This document shows, piece by piece, positions 27,183-40,470 of a DNA stretch of 64,000 nt. A program made the translations under genes and the position numbers. Position 1 is the stretch's first letter; each line of letters starts with the position of its first letter. The DNA lies in contig JBITNC010000001.1 of NCBI GenBank assembly GCA_050084985.1, positions 97,836,001 through 97,900,000 on the forward strand. The letters run 5' to 3'. Below the pieces are notes generated by a model. That model saw nothing but the letters and a program-made list of their open reading frames with translations. It did no database searches and was not told where the DNA came from. This DNA is from Nageia nagi (Eukaryota > Plantae > Pinophyta).

Positions 27183-29949
27183 TGACCATGTTATATCTTG
27201 TATTTCTCTATAATTGCATGGTTACTTTTCTTGATTTAATAAGTTTTCACTTTTATTATGAGAAGGGTTTGCTCTCATGATCTTCTTTTTATAGGCTAGA
27301 TCCTAACAATTGGTATCAAACCATGTTGGAGGATCTCTCAAAAAGAAAGAAGAGTTTCTTTAGTTCTAGTGGGAGCATGACATAAGAAGGAATTTTAAGA
27401 AAGCATGGTGAGCTTGTAACCCACTAATCTCATAATATAGATGGAGGAGGAAGATCAAAAGCAAAGGTACTAGGTGACATGTTACAAGAGGCTTTGATAC
27501 TTTCTTAAGATCATATTGATTTTGAATATAAGGGTGGGTGCAAGAAGTTGAGTCCCACTTTAGAGGAACTAAGTGGGATTTAGTTTTTTTCTAATGTGTA
27601 CCCAAGATCTTGGGTACAAGATCAGGATCCTAAGTAGGCTTGGCATCCCAAGCCTAAATAGGATCCCTAGCCTGACTAGGATTATGAACCCCAAGATCTT
27701 GACCCATGGGATCCTGACCTCTGGGATCTTGATACATGATATCCTAATGCTCAAGATCTAAGGTTGACTTTTAAAATGCTCTAGCTTACTCTTAATTCAT
27801 TTCACAAGACTTCTCACATCACTCCTCCAAAACCATGGTGGCTTCCAAACTTGTAGACCCATGATCCCAGTCCTAGAGGTGTTCATCTACTCTTTAGCTT
27901 GCCCTCGTTGAGACTGCCATCATTCCCCCTTCAAGATATGCTCTTGAATCTCTCATTTGATCTTTTTTTAAGTAAAAACTAGTTTTATATGATACTCTCT
28001 AGGAAATTTTATGTATGGAAATTATTTTTATATTTGTAATTCATTTAATATATTTTATAAATGATATTTCTTGATTCAAGTTTTTTAGAAATAACTCTTG
28101 ATTCTTATCCAAATATCCATTTTAGTTTGGACTCAACATAGTTTTTAGGTTGTTTCCTTCAACTTAAACCCTTTTTATGGTCTCTTTAATTGATAAACAA
28201 TTTAGTAATTACCATGTTTTAAATTTAAATAATACTAAATAAAATTCAAACCACCATTCTTTGGATGAACCAATAACTTGGTATATGATATAAGTAAAAA
28301 TGAAAAGGGTCTTTTTGGTTAAGGTTTTACCATAAAAAGAATGCTCACCAAGTTCTCACTATATAGGATGACATCATGTTGATGTCATGGGATATGTAAC
28401 TAGCCTTCAAAAATCCATGTACAACATACCTTCTTGATCTTCTCATGCATATAAATTTTAATGTCCCACTACACCCTTTTAGCTTCTTATATATTTAGTC
28501 AATCCTCTTTTATTGCTAGTGTGTCTTAAATATCATGTATATTCTTTGTACTAACTCTTAGGTAGTAGCTAAAGGGAATACCAAAATTCATTTCTAGCTT
28601 CTATAATATGATAACATTAGCTAATAGTAGTATTTTGTAGTTTTAAGTGTGAAGTTTATTTTTCTTTTTGTTTGTATAATAATTAATGAAAGATATCTAT
28701 TGATTCTTTGTTAATAATTAATAAAATGCATATATAAAGGATTATAGGGAATAAAGTAGCAAGGTTATAAGGCCATTTTAACCATCCCCATCTAAAGAAA
28801 AAGATGAAGAGTTGGCTCATCAATAAGGGAAGCCCCTAACCTAAAATTTAGGAAGGAAATTGTATTGTAGTCTCTTCTCCAAGGTACCCTAGATTTAGAA
28901 TGCATCCAAGGGAGGAAGTATTGAAAATAAATTCACTCGATATGAGCCCTCCCAAAAAATATTGTTTCACTAAATAACTTGTTATACATATTGAGTATAC
29001 ATGCCACATCACTTTTGTAGGTCTTACTAGATAATTTTTTTAAAACTTTAAAATCTCATAAATTTTGATGGGGTTTCAATTTAATGAATTGTAAGGGGCC
29101 AAAAAGTGTTGGTTAAGGTTTTACCATAAAAGGGATGCACACTAAGTTCTCACTATATAGGATATAATGGGCCCCGTATTCAAAGTGAGGCTAGATAAGA
29201 CACTTTTACATGCATCAAAGCATTTTGTACATGTTTTAGGGTCCTCAAATAAGCACCTAACTGAAGCACTTGTACATCATCTAAATTCTCTTTATACCAA
29301 TAATGATAACTCTTAAAATAAATTTGATAAATATGATGCATTCTCTTGGGATACTTCATTCTTGTCCCCCTATATACTTCAAAGTCTATTGGGATGTACT
29401 CTCTCGATGTGTAAAAACTTATATATATAATTGAATCCACTAGGAAATAAAAGATAAATTTCATAATAAATCTACATTCATATATAACTACACATTCTTG
29501 TTAAAATAAATTCATTACATTGTGAGAAATCATTTTCTTATATCTTATTCAACCAATTCTTGCTAAAGTATTTAGTTAAAAAACTCCAAGCATGAGTTAT
29601 TCAAGTATTGTTAATAGGTTTGAATTAGCAACTTGTATAAGACTCATAATGAGTTTTTTTATTAGATTATTTAATATAGGGGTTTTGAAATGATCCCATA
29701 ACCTTTTTACATTAGTATGAATATTTTCAGTAAGTTCCTATAAACAAAACAACTATACATTGAGTCTTGCAAAGTTGATATTACAAAGTAGATAACAAAT
29801 AAAACATTTACTATTAACCTAAGAGTTGATCATAGGATAGATTCTTTCCTTTCACCTGGGTCCTCCTAGAGATGAGGTTGTAATACTTGCCTTCTATCCT
29901 TTGTTCTTGCAATCATATATAGAATTGAGAAATTCCTCTACATTAAATA

Positions 29950-30950
29950 AGGAAATGTGGGTGTCCACTTGGTCCATGAATTAAGGAGGCCCTCAAAATC
30001 ATCACCAAATTTAGGTAAGCCAATATAGGGGGTCCCAAGGGATATCTTAGAAACCCTCCACATGTAATTGCTCACCTCGCTAGTGGCTTGTCTCAACTTC
30101 CCTTTTATGGTGGAGTGGGATCTGAAAAATTACCTTATTTGATCACACTCCTCTAGATTCCTTTTGATGAGCATGAGCTTGTGCTTTTGCTTGTTTAAGG
30201 TGTCTCACCCTTTGCTTCCTAAGTTATTTTAATCTTCACCTTATTCACTCTTCCTTCAACATAAAAGGATGGTAGAGAATCCTTTGATGGGAGAAGAAAA
30301 TATGCATCATCCTTTGCATCCTCATCCTTCAAGATACCTTCCTATTTTGTAGAATTAAAAGAATAAACACAATCCATACCCAATTAGATATTGAATGTGT
30401 TTTTATTAGAAGTGATAAATTCCCTAATGCCTAGGACCAACAAACTTGCCCTCCTTCATCTCTTAAATAATATTTTAAATGGAGTGAAATAAGTAATGGG
30501 TAATATTAATTTCTCTCACCCCCTTGCAAAAAAATTCAAAAATACCAACTGAAAATCATGAATTGTATTATAATTATGGCCATCTTCCATTTGATTGGTA
30601 AGGAATAATAATTTATGCCCCTTTGAAGCTTTTAAAATTTGTCATTCTTTCCTTTCAAAAGTTGTAGCTCTTGGGTGAATGAGTACTTCTCCCTTATAAT
30701 TTTGTCCCCATTTAGAGGAAAGATTGAAACTTTGTACTAAAGCATGGGGTTGATGTAAAATGATATTCATTAGCCTATACTCTTCCCTCATCCCATGGGA
30801 GCACTAAAGCAAGAGTCAAATTTTGGTCTATCACTTAAAATCAATCGAGATTTAGACTAATCACCTTGCTTGTGATAAAATATCCTTACTATCATTGCAT
30901 GCCATAATAACCTTGAGCTCTAATCAATAATGAAAAGAGTAATGAAATGT
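29950..30950 (-). mobile_element. Highly decayed L1-like LINE remnant inside copy B
   Basis: Weak reverse-strand peptides (DKIIREKY; ..RLMNIILHQPHAL) recall the plant L1 ORF2 C-terminal region. Absent from copy A. Confidence 0.3.
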
Positions 30951-31985
30951 GAGATCTTGGACTCATGAAAACATATATGATAAAGCCTTAAGAATGTACA
31001 AAGGATAAACTACCTAGGAAGATGGACACACCAAGTTAAAGAAACATCTACCACAACTATTAACCTTGCAAATTACATGGGTATGGATTCAATGAGTATG
31101 AGTATGATAAAAACTAAACCACTATAAAATCAACCCATATGCAAATTGAATAAAAAAAGATAGCAATACATTAATATCCACATGAAAAACTTATGTTACG
31201 ATGAAAAACATACATCACATCATCCAACCCCTTATGCATAGGTTTGAATACTAATATTGAATGATCAATAAAACATGACTCAAACATACAAAATTTGTCT
31301 TAGTTCAAAAATTTTCTAAAGTCAAAGCATCCTTAATTAATTTGTCTTAGTTCACATTTCTTTCAAAAAACATATAAAATATTATATTAAATCAAATTTT
31401 TTTATTTTCTCTCAAGCTACTACTAGAATAAATTTGACTATCTTGATATAATGAGAGTTTATTTGACATTTTATAACAAACCTAAAAGGAAATTATGGAG
31501 ATCATTAGTTTAAGGGCATTTTTTAATGATACATTAAGGGGAAGGCCAAACTAGCATAACTTTGAGTTTTACATATTCTTATACATTGAGTTCTAACCAT
31601 GAAAAAATCTTAATTTCTGCATACTTACTAAGGTGATTCATTTATTTCTAGAGTATTTGATTCCATAATTTATTTCCATTTTCCTTAATAATTAAAGCAT
31701 ATCATTTTGACTTGAATACCATGAGATGCTTTATTAAAGAAGTATTTCCATACTACATTTGAAAAGGAGTCTTGTTATGGAGATTTATGAACATTAAATT
31801 TTCATGTATATCAAGTTATTATGATGCATGTTAAATATTCTTTAAATTATTTATATTAACCTTTATGTTTGATATATATTGAACTTGAGTTGTATATCAA
31901 GTTAGGACTTATATATTTAGATCTCTTTAAATTTAATGTAGTTATATTTTACTCTTCTAAAATTGTTAATTCATGCAGGTGGTCC

Positions 31986-32021
<36 letters not shown>

Positions 32022-33750
32022 TCCACCTCTTGCCCATGAGCTTGATCAAGAACCCCCATTACCCGAGGATGCTTGCTTATGAGAAACTATAGTTGAGAAT
32101 ATCACCTCTATTCAAGGTAGGATTCATGAGATACTACAACATAGGGAAATCCCCCCTCACTTATCATGGCTTGCAACTTTAATGCAAATTGTAGTTGATA
32201 TAGTTACTTCCATAGATCAGACCATAGGTGATTTCTAGTCATATAGAGAAGAGAGGAGGAGGTTTTATAGTGATGGCCTATCCCAGAGATAGATTTATGA
32301 GACTTATCACATTACAAAAGATGATTTAGATTTATTTTTTAGGAATCCTAGAACTGGAGAACCAATGGCACCCACCCAAAAGAGAATTTCTATTTTTTGG
32401 TGTAGGCATGAGGAGATCACTACATATTTTTGGGATCAATGGTGGATGGTCTTTGATCATCCACCACATAGTGGTGGCAATGATGTACACTTTTATTTCA
32501 TCAAGTTTTTATGGTTAGAGTTTGTTATTGGGAAAAATCCCAATTATTTTGATATTCATGAGTTTGATGGTGTTGGTATGGGTAGTTTACAACAAAGGCT
32601 AGGGGCATGACTTGATCCTAGATTACCTACTCATGTTATACCTCTTGTTAGTCCACTTAGAGAGACTATACTTGCACATGTACATCATATAGCCATAGTT
32701 TCAACCCTTGTATCATTGAGTCAGCTTACAAGGAACCTCATTGAACAAGCTACCAATATGGAAGTTGAGTTCACTAAGGTTAGAGGTGATGGATCAGGAC
32801 CTAGTGGAGTGGGAGGGACTAGCAACTCTCTTGGAATATCTGCACTCCATAGATGTAGTACTTTTCATGTGATATGTCATGGATCATGCACACCATCATA
32901 TTTAAGAGGATTTATGCATATGTTATTTGTTGATACTAAGCATGAGGTATATAGGCATAGATGTGCATCTTTGGGTGATCGAGGTGACCAGCATATTGAT
33001 TCCTTTGGCATACATATATAGGAGATAACTTTTGACCCATCCATGGTATGTATATTATAATTTTTAAACAAGTTCACATGTATACATATTTAATGAAATC
33101 ATAAAATTTTAATAAAATTTGAATGAAAGTTTATAAATTATATGTACTTGTAGGTTGACCATGACAATTTTATGATTTAGGATATTTTTGTTGATACTGC
33201 TTTTACTAGCGAGGCACATGGCTCACATGTGCAGTCTACAGTGGTTGATCCTTCAACCTCTCAGCATCCATTCACAGTAATTTGTAATTTATTTTTATGA
33301 TTATGTTTTTGTTATATCTAGACGTGGTTATAAATTTAAGTAATGATTTAGTTTAACTTTTTTACTTGTTTCTTTTGTTTTCTTATAGAGCTTGATTGAT
33401 ACCATTTTTTCTCATGAGGTCCACAACTCATAAGAGTGACCTACAGTGATTGTGGGCACTTCATTTTCTCATGATGTCATTCACAACTCAATAGGGTGGA
33501 CTACAATGGTTGACCCTGCAATCTCTAAGCATGATACCATGGTAATTTATAATGCATTTTAAAACATGTCTAGTGTAGTACATACATTTCATATGATTTT
33601 TAAGCTATAATGTATGATTAAGTTGAACTAACTCTAAGTTTAATACTTGTTTTGTATAGCATGAGATAGGTACTCATGATACATAACGTGGAACGAAGAG
33701 GAGTCTAGATTATGACCCTTCACCTAGTCAAGACTAGTTCAGATAGATAG
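32022..33750 (+). pseudogene. Second transposon gene (ORF2), unknown function, copy B; one large and three small exons
   Basis: A single frame runs from about 32022 to 33045 (~340 codons; ORFs 32365 and 32716 are co-frame), broken only by TAG/TGA codons explicable as C>T. Donor ATG|GTATGT. Further AG/GT-bounded exons at about 33154-33276, 33389-33541 and 33660-33750. Confidence 0.8.
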
Positions 33751-34219
33751 ATAGATAGATATCTATAGGTGGATGGATTTATAGATTTCCATTTTTATTT
33801 TTTGATAATACATTTGGACTAGTTCATGGACTATACATGTATATTCTTATTATTTTGATGTACTCTAGTACATGTTATCGAGTGCATGTGTTTACATGCC
33901 CACTTTCCATATTAGAACTGATATACATGTATGATTTATGTTTTGATCTACATTGATGGATGTTTATGGATTGATATATGTACATGCATTTATATACCTT
34001 GATATATATGTTGATAGATTGATGCATGCCTAGTGAACTCTAGCTCATATATGTTTAATAATTTATGGATGAGATTCAAATTTATGTTTTTGTTTGTATT
34101 TATCTATAATTAAAGGTGGATCTAGATGATGTACATTGGAATGTATATGCTTTGAATATGGATGTAATTAATAGACTTTTTCATTAAAAAAAATACTTAA
34201 ATAACCTTAATATAATATA

Positions 34220-35450
34220 CAACAATAAGGTCAATAATTGGTGCAAAGAAATAAGGTTAATAATTGTTACAAAGAAATAAGGTCAATAATTGTCAATGCA
34301 AAGAAATAAGTTAGAGAAATTTAGTAAACTCTATCAACATTGAAGGTCCACAACAAAAAACTAATAACCTAAATGGTGAACTCCTAAACCGATAAACATC
34401 AAATCCTTTGCTATCTTCTACCAAGTCAAGAACCATATATGGAAAAATAAATAATGATTTTCATATAGTAAAAGAATGTAATAAATAAATGTGTACAACT
34501 TAGGAAATATTTATCAACAAACTCATCCATAAATAAAAACTAAAATTAGAGGATACTCCATCTCAATAAGTCAACAAGGTATCTACTAAGACCTTACAAA
34601 TAACTTACCATTTATTAATTTGACTTTGTAAGCATATATATGATCAACAATAAGTTCAATAATTATCAATGCAAAGAAATAAGTAAGAGAAATTTAGTAT
34701 TTAACCCTATCAACATTGAAGGTCCTCAAAAAAAAGCTAATAACCTTTGGTGAACTCCTAAAGTGATCTAAACATCAAATCCTTTGCTACCTTCTACCAA
34801 CTCAAGAACCATATGGAAAATTATCACTCTTAGAATTTGAAGTAAATAAATTTAAGACCATTAATCTAAGTCTCCATAAGATTAATTAAAGAACAATTAA
34901 ATCCTAATATAATCAACCTTACTAGATCATTTCTAAGTTAAAGTGTACTTTTAGAATCTTAGAAATCATTAAGAATTGAAACAATGATAACCTTAACCTG
35001 CTAGTCAAAAATTATAAAAGATCCTGGAATTCATAGATTAATTCTCTCATGGTTTTTAAAGGAATGTATGAATATTCAAATATTCAATGATTTTCATATA
35101 GTAAAAGGATGTAACAAATAAATGTGTACAACTTAGGAAATATTTATCAACAAACTCATCCATAAATAAAAAATAAAATTAGAGGGTACTCCATCTCAAC
35201 AAATTAATAAGGTATCTACCAAGACCTTACAAATAACTTACCATTTATTAATTTGAGTTTTTAAGCATATCCATAATCAACAATAAGGTCAATAAATTTT
35301 GTCAATGCAAAGAAATAAGTCAGAGAAATAAGTCAAAGAAATTTAGTATCTAACCCTATCAACATTAAAGGTCCTCAACAAAAAGATATAATAACCTTCT
35401 GTTTTCAAATCCTAAAGTGATCTAAACATTAAATCCTTTGCTATCTAAAC
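34220..35450. repeat. Direct-repeat spacer between the convergent genes of copy B
   Basis: AAT(T)..CAATGCAAAGAAATAAG...CTATCAACATT...AAATCCTTTGCTA blocks occur near 34285, 34655 and 35290. Segment 34455-34650 repeats at 35085-35285. Confidence 0.85.
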
Positions 35451-35621
35451 ATCAAGAGACACTTTTCAATTATTCTTGAAATAATGATGTACTTGTGCAA
35501 GTCCTCTCCTTATATCTATCAACAAAACATGCAAGGGAATGTGAGTAAAATATATATAACATATTTGTATTTAATTTAGAAAATTCAAATAATTATTATT
35601 AAATAAGATTAACTTTATTTT

Positions 35622-38600
35622 TCAATCCATTCTACCATCTACATCCTCTCATTTTTGAAATGCATTTATAATCATCTCATGGTCATCTGACGAAAGGGTC
35701 CACAACATTCTATTATAAGGCTTCCCTTTTATATGAATAGTTTGATATATGTTGCCAAATCAAATGCGAGTAATGTGTAATATTATTATCTACTTCATAA
35801 TCTTCAAATGCAAGCAAACCAGTTAATTACTTAGTAAGATATTTTCATAGCCATATGCCAACAACCACCATAAAACCTATTGGATATAACCATGATTTAT
35901 CCATCATTATCAAAATTTGGAAAAGATGACAAATATTCTAAAGAAATATCTAGAGAATAGATAATAAGCTCACTTGAAAAACATAAATATACATTATACA
36001 AACCTATTGGATAAAGAAATCCATCATTATCACATCGAGGTTGAGTTAACTTATGTTTTTTCTGAACACATCGAGCTAGCCAATACCCTATTCTCTCTTC
36101 ATTCCCTTCAGGTGCAACAATGGCATACACATGTCTTGTAACAAAATTTATATCAATTTAAAGTGTGAACAATGTATTTTAACTAACATAATTCATAAAT
36201 ATTAAAATATGTGTACATTTTCAAGAATATAAATCAATTGAATTTAAAAAAATTACCTTCTTGTACAAGGTATGAAATACGATCATAGTCTTCTAATACA
36301 AATAGTTCATCTTCAACTATTTTTTCTTGTTGATCATCATAGGATTGTGAAAGTGTCAGAGATATTTATTTCCATTCCTCAATCCATTCACATGATTCTG
36401 AATCACCTACAATACAAGTCTCACAAAAGCATGCAAGATCCCTTGTCCATATAGTCCAAGTGCTTGCTTTTGAAATCCTACATGAATGCCACTTTGTTGA
36501 TCTACTGATTGTATCACAATCAAGAAAATTCAAAATATTATCTTCTTCAAATAACCAAAAGTATTGTTGAATTCTCACTTTATCATGTAAATAATGTTGT
36601 ACTACACCATTCCATAATATAACAAACATATTTAGATTTACCTACATCACCAAATTTTAGTTGCTCTCTAGTAAGAGCTCTTTTAACACATGCACCTGCT
36701 CCATCATGTTCTCCTTTACCATGTCCTACTTCAATAAAACTCCATATATGTTCAATATTTTTTCTTTATGAACCCTACTTAGCCAATAAAACATTCTTGA
36801 ATTTTTAAACTATCCCATACAATTATATGACCATATGAATTATTTTTCCATCTGAATTCCTCTTTCATCCCAATTATTGTAAAATATCTTAAAATAATAT
36901 TGGACAAACTCTGATGAGTGTCATTGATTATCACTTATATAAAAATGGTACTCTGTCAAAACATTTATATTATCTTCAGTACTATCATCTACATGTCTAT
37001 ATACAATATGGATAAAAATGGCAACTTGAACTAAATTATAATATTGAGACTAAATTTCTTCTTGTGGTTTAAGAGTATAATTTTCAGCAAATTCAACAAC
37101 TGATAATATAGTTCCAACCAAAAATGTGTTTCTACATTGACAAAATTGATTATCAAGCCATTTAGCATGTTGCAGTATTTCACATATTTTGGTAGATCTA
37201 TCTTAAAATCATTCATGAATGTATGCACTCTGATGCTTTCACTGACCAAATCAACACTTTTTCTAGGTTTTCCATCTTTCAAATTATACTCAGCATTCTT
37301 GAATATTCTAATATTCACATCTTGTTGTCCAAATTCATGCGTATTAATTTCATGCATACAATCTCCTAGTAATAAAATGTTTTGACATCTATCACATTGT
37401 CTTGTAATACATACATGCATTTGAATAAAATAATTTCTCATGAGGAGGTGGACAAAGCAAACTTTCTATAAACTCCTTGATGGATTCATGTGATATATGA
37501 ATACTGCATTCTTGCCTCAAATCATTAGTATGCAACTTCCCACATATGTTTTGAAAAGCATCATAATAATATCGAAACTGCATATGATTTTTGCAACAAC
37601 ATGTTACTCTTTCCTTTGTTAATTCTAACATACCAATGTTTGTATTTCTCAAATGATCTTTGACTTATTTCAATACTAAATGGTTGTAACACTCCCTCTT
37701 CCATAAATTGTTGATACAATTTAGTTTGAGTCATATCTAGTAGGTGTTTTGGATGAGATTCATGATCTTTTGACCCAGGTTTTAATTTCAAAACATCTCT
37801 AGAATGTGGTGACACCCTTGTTCTATCATGCCAAAAAATTTCAATTATAGCCTTGATCTCGCTAGTCAATTTCATATTAGACCTTGGGAGTCTACCACTA
37901 TAACTCCAACATTGGTTGATTGGATCACCTTCAATACTTTGTCTTCTCTTTATAGCCCTTTGCATAGTTTTATGACACATCAAATAATTCACTAACCTTT
38001 CTTTTATTTGAGGTTGTTTGGCTTATTAAAGAAGTTGCTATAGCTTAGTGTGCTGCATTCTTATCTTTAGATCTACTCTTTTTTATAATAGAACTAATAT
38101 CACTAGCAATAGTAGACACAACTTGTTTAAGGGATTCATCTTCCTTGTTTGATTTCACATTAACTTCTAAGGTTTTCATTACCTTTCTCATTTTTTTCAT
38201 TCTCATTAATTGCATCATGAGTTGACATTGAACTTCTAAATCTTTATCTTTGAAGTATTCCTCATGTATATTACTTGAAATGGTTCTTATATATCTTTGA
38301 GATAAAAGCTTATCTTCAAGAAACTTATATAAGATATTACCTTCCATTTTCAAAAAAAAATTATCATCTTTCGAAGATGGATATGAAGACATACCCGATG
38401 GATTCATTTCGAGAGGTGGATTGGTAGATATACCCGATGGATTTGTATCAACAAGTGGATCTGAGGCTTCTCTAATCACAGTCTTATCTTCCACATGTGC
38501 ATCATCTACATTCATTTCTTGAATGTTCTCCTCCTCAATGTTCTCTTGAATGTTCTCCTCTAGAGCATTTGTTGTAGAACTTGATGCTTATGCATCCCTC

Positions 38601-38718
38601 AATTGCCTCAAATGTGCTCTTCTCTCTCTTTTTTGTTGTGCATCCCTCTCTCTATATGCTTGTTCTTGTTTAGGTGTAAACCTCCTCGAACATTTCCTTA
38701 ACATTTTTTTGATCCCAT
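35622..38718 (-). pseudogene. Sola2-type DDD transposase pseudogene (copy B)
   Basis: Motifs TCCCKNHMQF, CDRC, V[D>E]FAENYTLKPQEEI, WS[D>Y]NCMG*FKN, HIWSFIEVGHGKGEHDGAGACVKRAL and RDLACFCETC. Short 3' exons (YAIVAPEGNEERIGYWLARC...). ORF-track fragments span 35897-38830. Confidence 0.88.
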
Positions 38719-40470
38719 GACCTCCTTTCAAAATTAGCCTTGCTTCAAAATTATTGTAATTGCAAAAAATGAATGAAAAATCATAAAAAGAAGAGAAAAT
38801 TACATATTTAATTTGCACAAGTCCATACAATATTGATGGATGTAATTAAAAAATAAAATAAAATACTTTTATATAGATATTTTATTAATAATAGGTCAAC
38901 ATCCCAAGGGTCGACATCCCGACCCACGGGATCCTAACCCCCTCAGGATCCCAGTCTTCAACTTTAAATTTTCACCCACCCTTTTCCCTTGCTCCTAGGC
39001 TCAAAAATAGCTTTAGTGACCCACCCCATTGCTTTGGACCTGCAACTTCAAGGTCCTAACAATGGCAATGGACTTTGCCAACTTTGGGAATGCATTTGAT
39101 GAGGTTTTTCAAAGAATTTTTCATAAAATTTTGAAGAATCATAAATGAGAGTGTAGATTTCAAATATGCTCTTTGTTTTACATTTGGACTAGATTTAGTA
39201 TTTTTAATAGAATTTGCAATGAAAGAGGGTCCATAAACTTCGAAAAGTAGGGTTTCGTAATTGTTTAATATCTTTTTATTTTTTATGAATTATGAAAAAA
39301 AATTGTATGTCCACATTCTACATACAATTCTCTACAACTTAAAAAGAAAAAAGAAAAAGAAAAAACGATAGGTTTAGCTCAATTTATGCTTGAGGGACAC
39401 AAGTACTTTTAGAAATGACAAATAGGGCCAATAAAAAATTAATAAAAAAATTACAAAAAAATATCCTCCACAATCTTTAGTGTCTTAGGTATCAATATCT
39501 AAAAGGATTTAGCAAAATATTAAAATTTATGTCCAATTATGCATGAGGGACACGATGGGGGTATAGTCCTCAAAGTGAATTTTTTAAAGAGTGGGTTTTG
39601 AACATGTCTTTCAAAAATTTATTTCTATTATATGGGTATTGGATTAAATTATATATTTGAAAATTAGATTTCGAATGTTACATTTTTATCCAAGTGATAT
39701 TTTTCATGATTTGGACTCCAAGTGCTTCAAATTTTGAGATTAATTGTGACAAAACATGAAAATCAAGGAAATTAGTTCCACTTTTTGGCCAAAAGTGGGA
39801 CTTAACTTCTTGCACTTACCCATAAAGGAGGACATGTTCATTATCACTCTTTTGAGGATCATTCAATATTGTTGGCATAGGCAACTTTGTTTAAGATTGC
39901 ATTCAAAATTTTGGATGGTTATGGATATGTAGGAAGAAGATAGTTGGTCACTTCTCTTTTTCTATCTCATCTACAGTTTTGAATGTAGCTTGGATTAGAA
40001 ACAAGGTTTCCAATGTATTGTTATTAATTGTTGAAGATCAAAGATTGGAAAGCAGTGGGAGAAATGCATAAAAAGTAATTGTGAGAGCTAGACATGTCCA
40101 GGAGGATGGACATGGCATATATCATGTTGGATGATTACAATATGGATCACATAATGCAATTGTGGTAAGTTGCACTATGTGTGAGCATGCTATGTGGACA
40201 TACATAGTATGTGGATCTTGTCAAGAATGGTGATGGTGTAATCATCATGATGCATAGGCAATCGTGAAGATGTTGAAATATCACAATTATGTGGTAGGTA
40301 AGATTGTGTGTTGCTTGTTGATCACAAGAAATGTGTGTGGATGACAATGATGGTTCAAAGCATGAATACAACAATTTGGGGGAGTTGGCATTCCTTGTTT
40401 GGTTGAAAAGTTATCTTCAACAAATGCAACAACAGTGGAGTTGTTGTGGATCAGTCTCCAAGTGGGAGAT

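Larger units (their letters stand above)
23865..27308 (+). repeat. LTR1, interrupted by nested solo LTRs at 24667-27182
   Basis: 23865-24666 plus about 27188-27308 reconstitutes the LTR2/LTR3 sequence. Confidence 0.88.
27532..39821 (-). mobile_element. Sola2-like DNA transposon, copy B (12,290 bp, both ends intact, TSD ATAA)
   Basis: TIRs GGGTGGGTGCAAGAAGTTGAGTCCCACTTT (27532) and AAAGTGGGACTTAACTTCTTGCACTTACCC (ending 39821). ATAA at 27528-27531 and 39822-39825. The empty paralogous site TTTGACT-ACAA-AGGAGGACATG is at about 41611-41632. Confidence 0.93.

Noticed and set aside
27532-39821. Assignment to CACTA, MULE, hAT or Harbinger
   Set aside because: The termini are GGG/CCC with a 4-bp TSD (not 3, 8 or 9 bp), and the catalytic motifs do not match those families as I know them.
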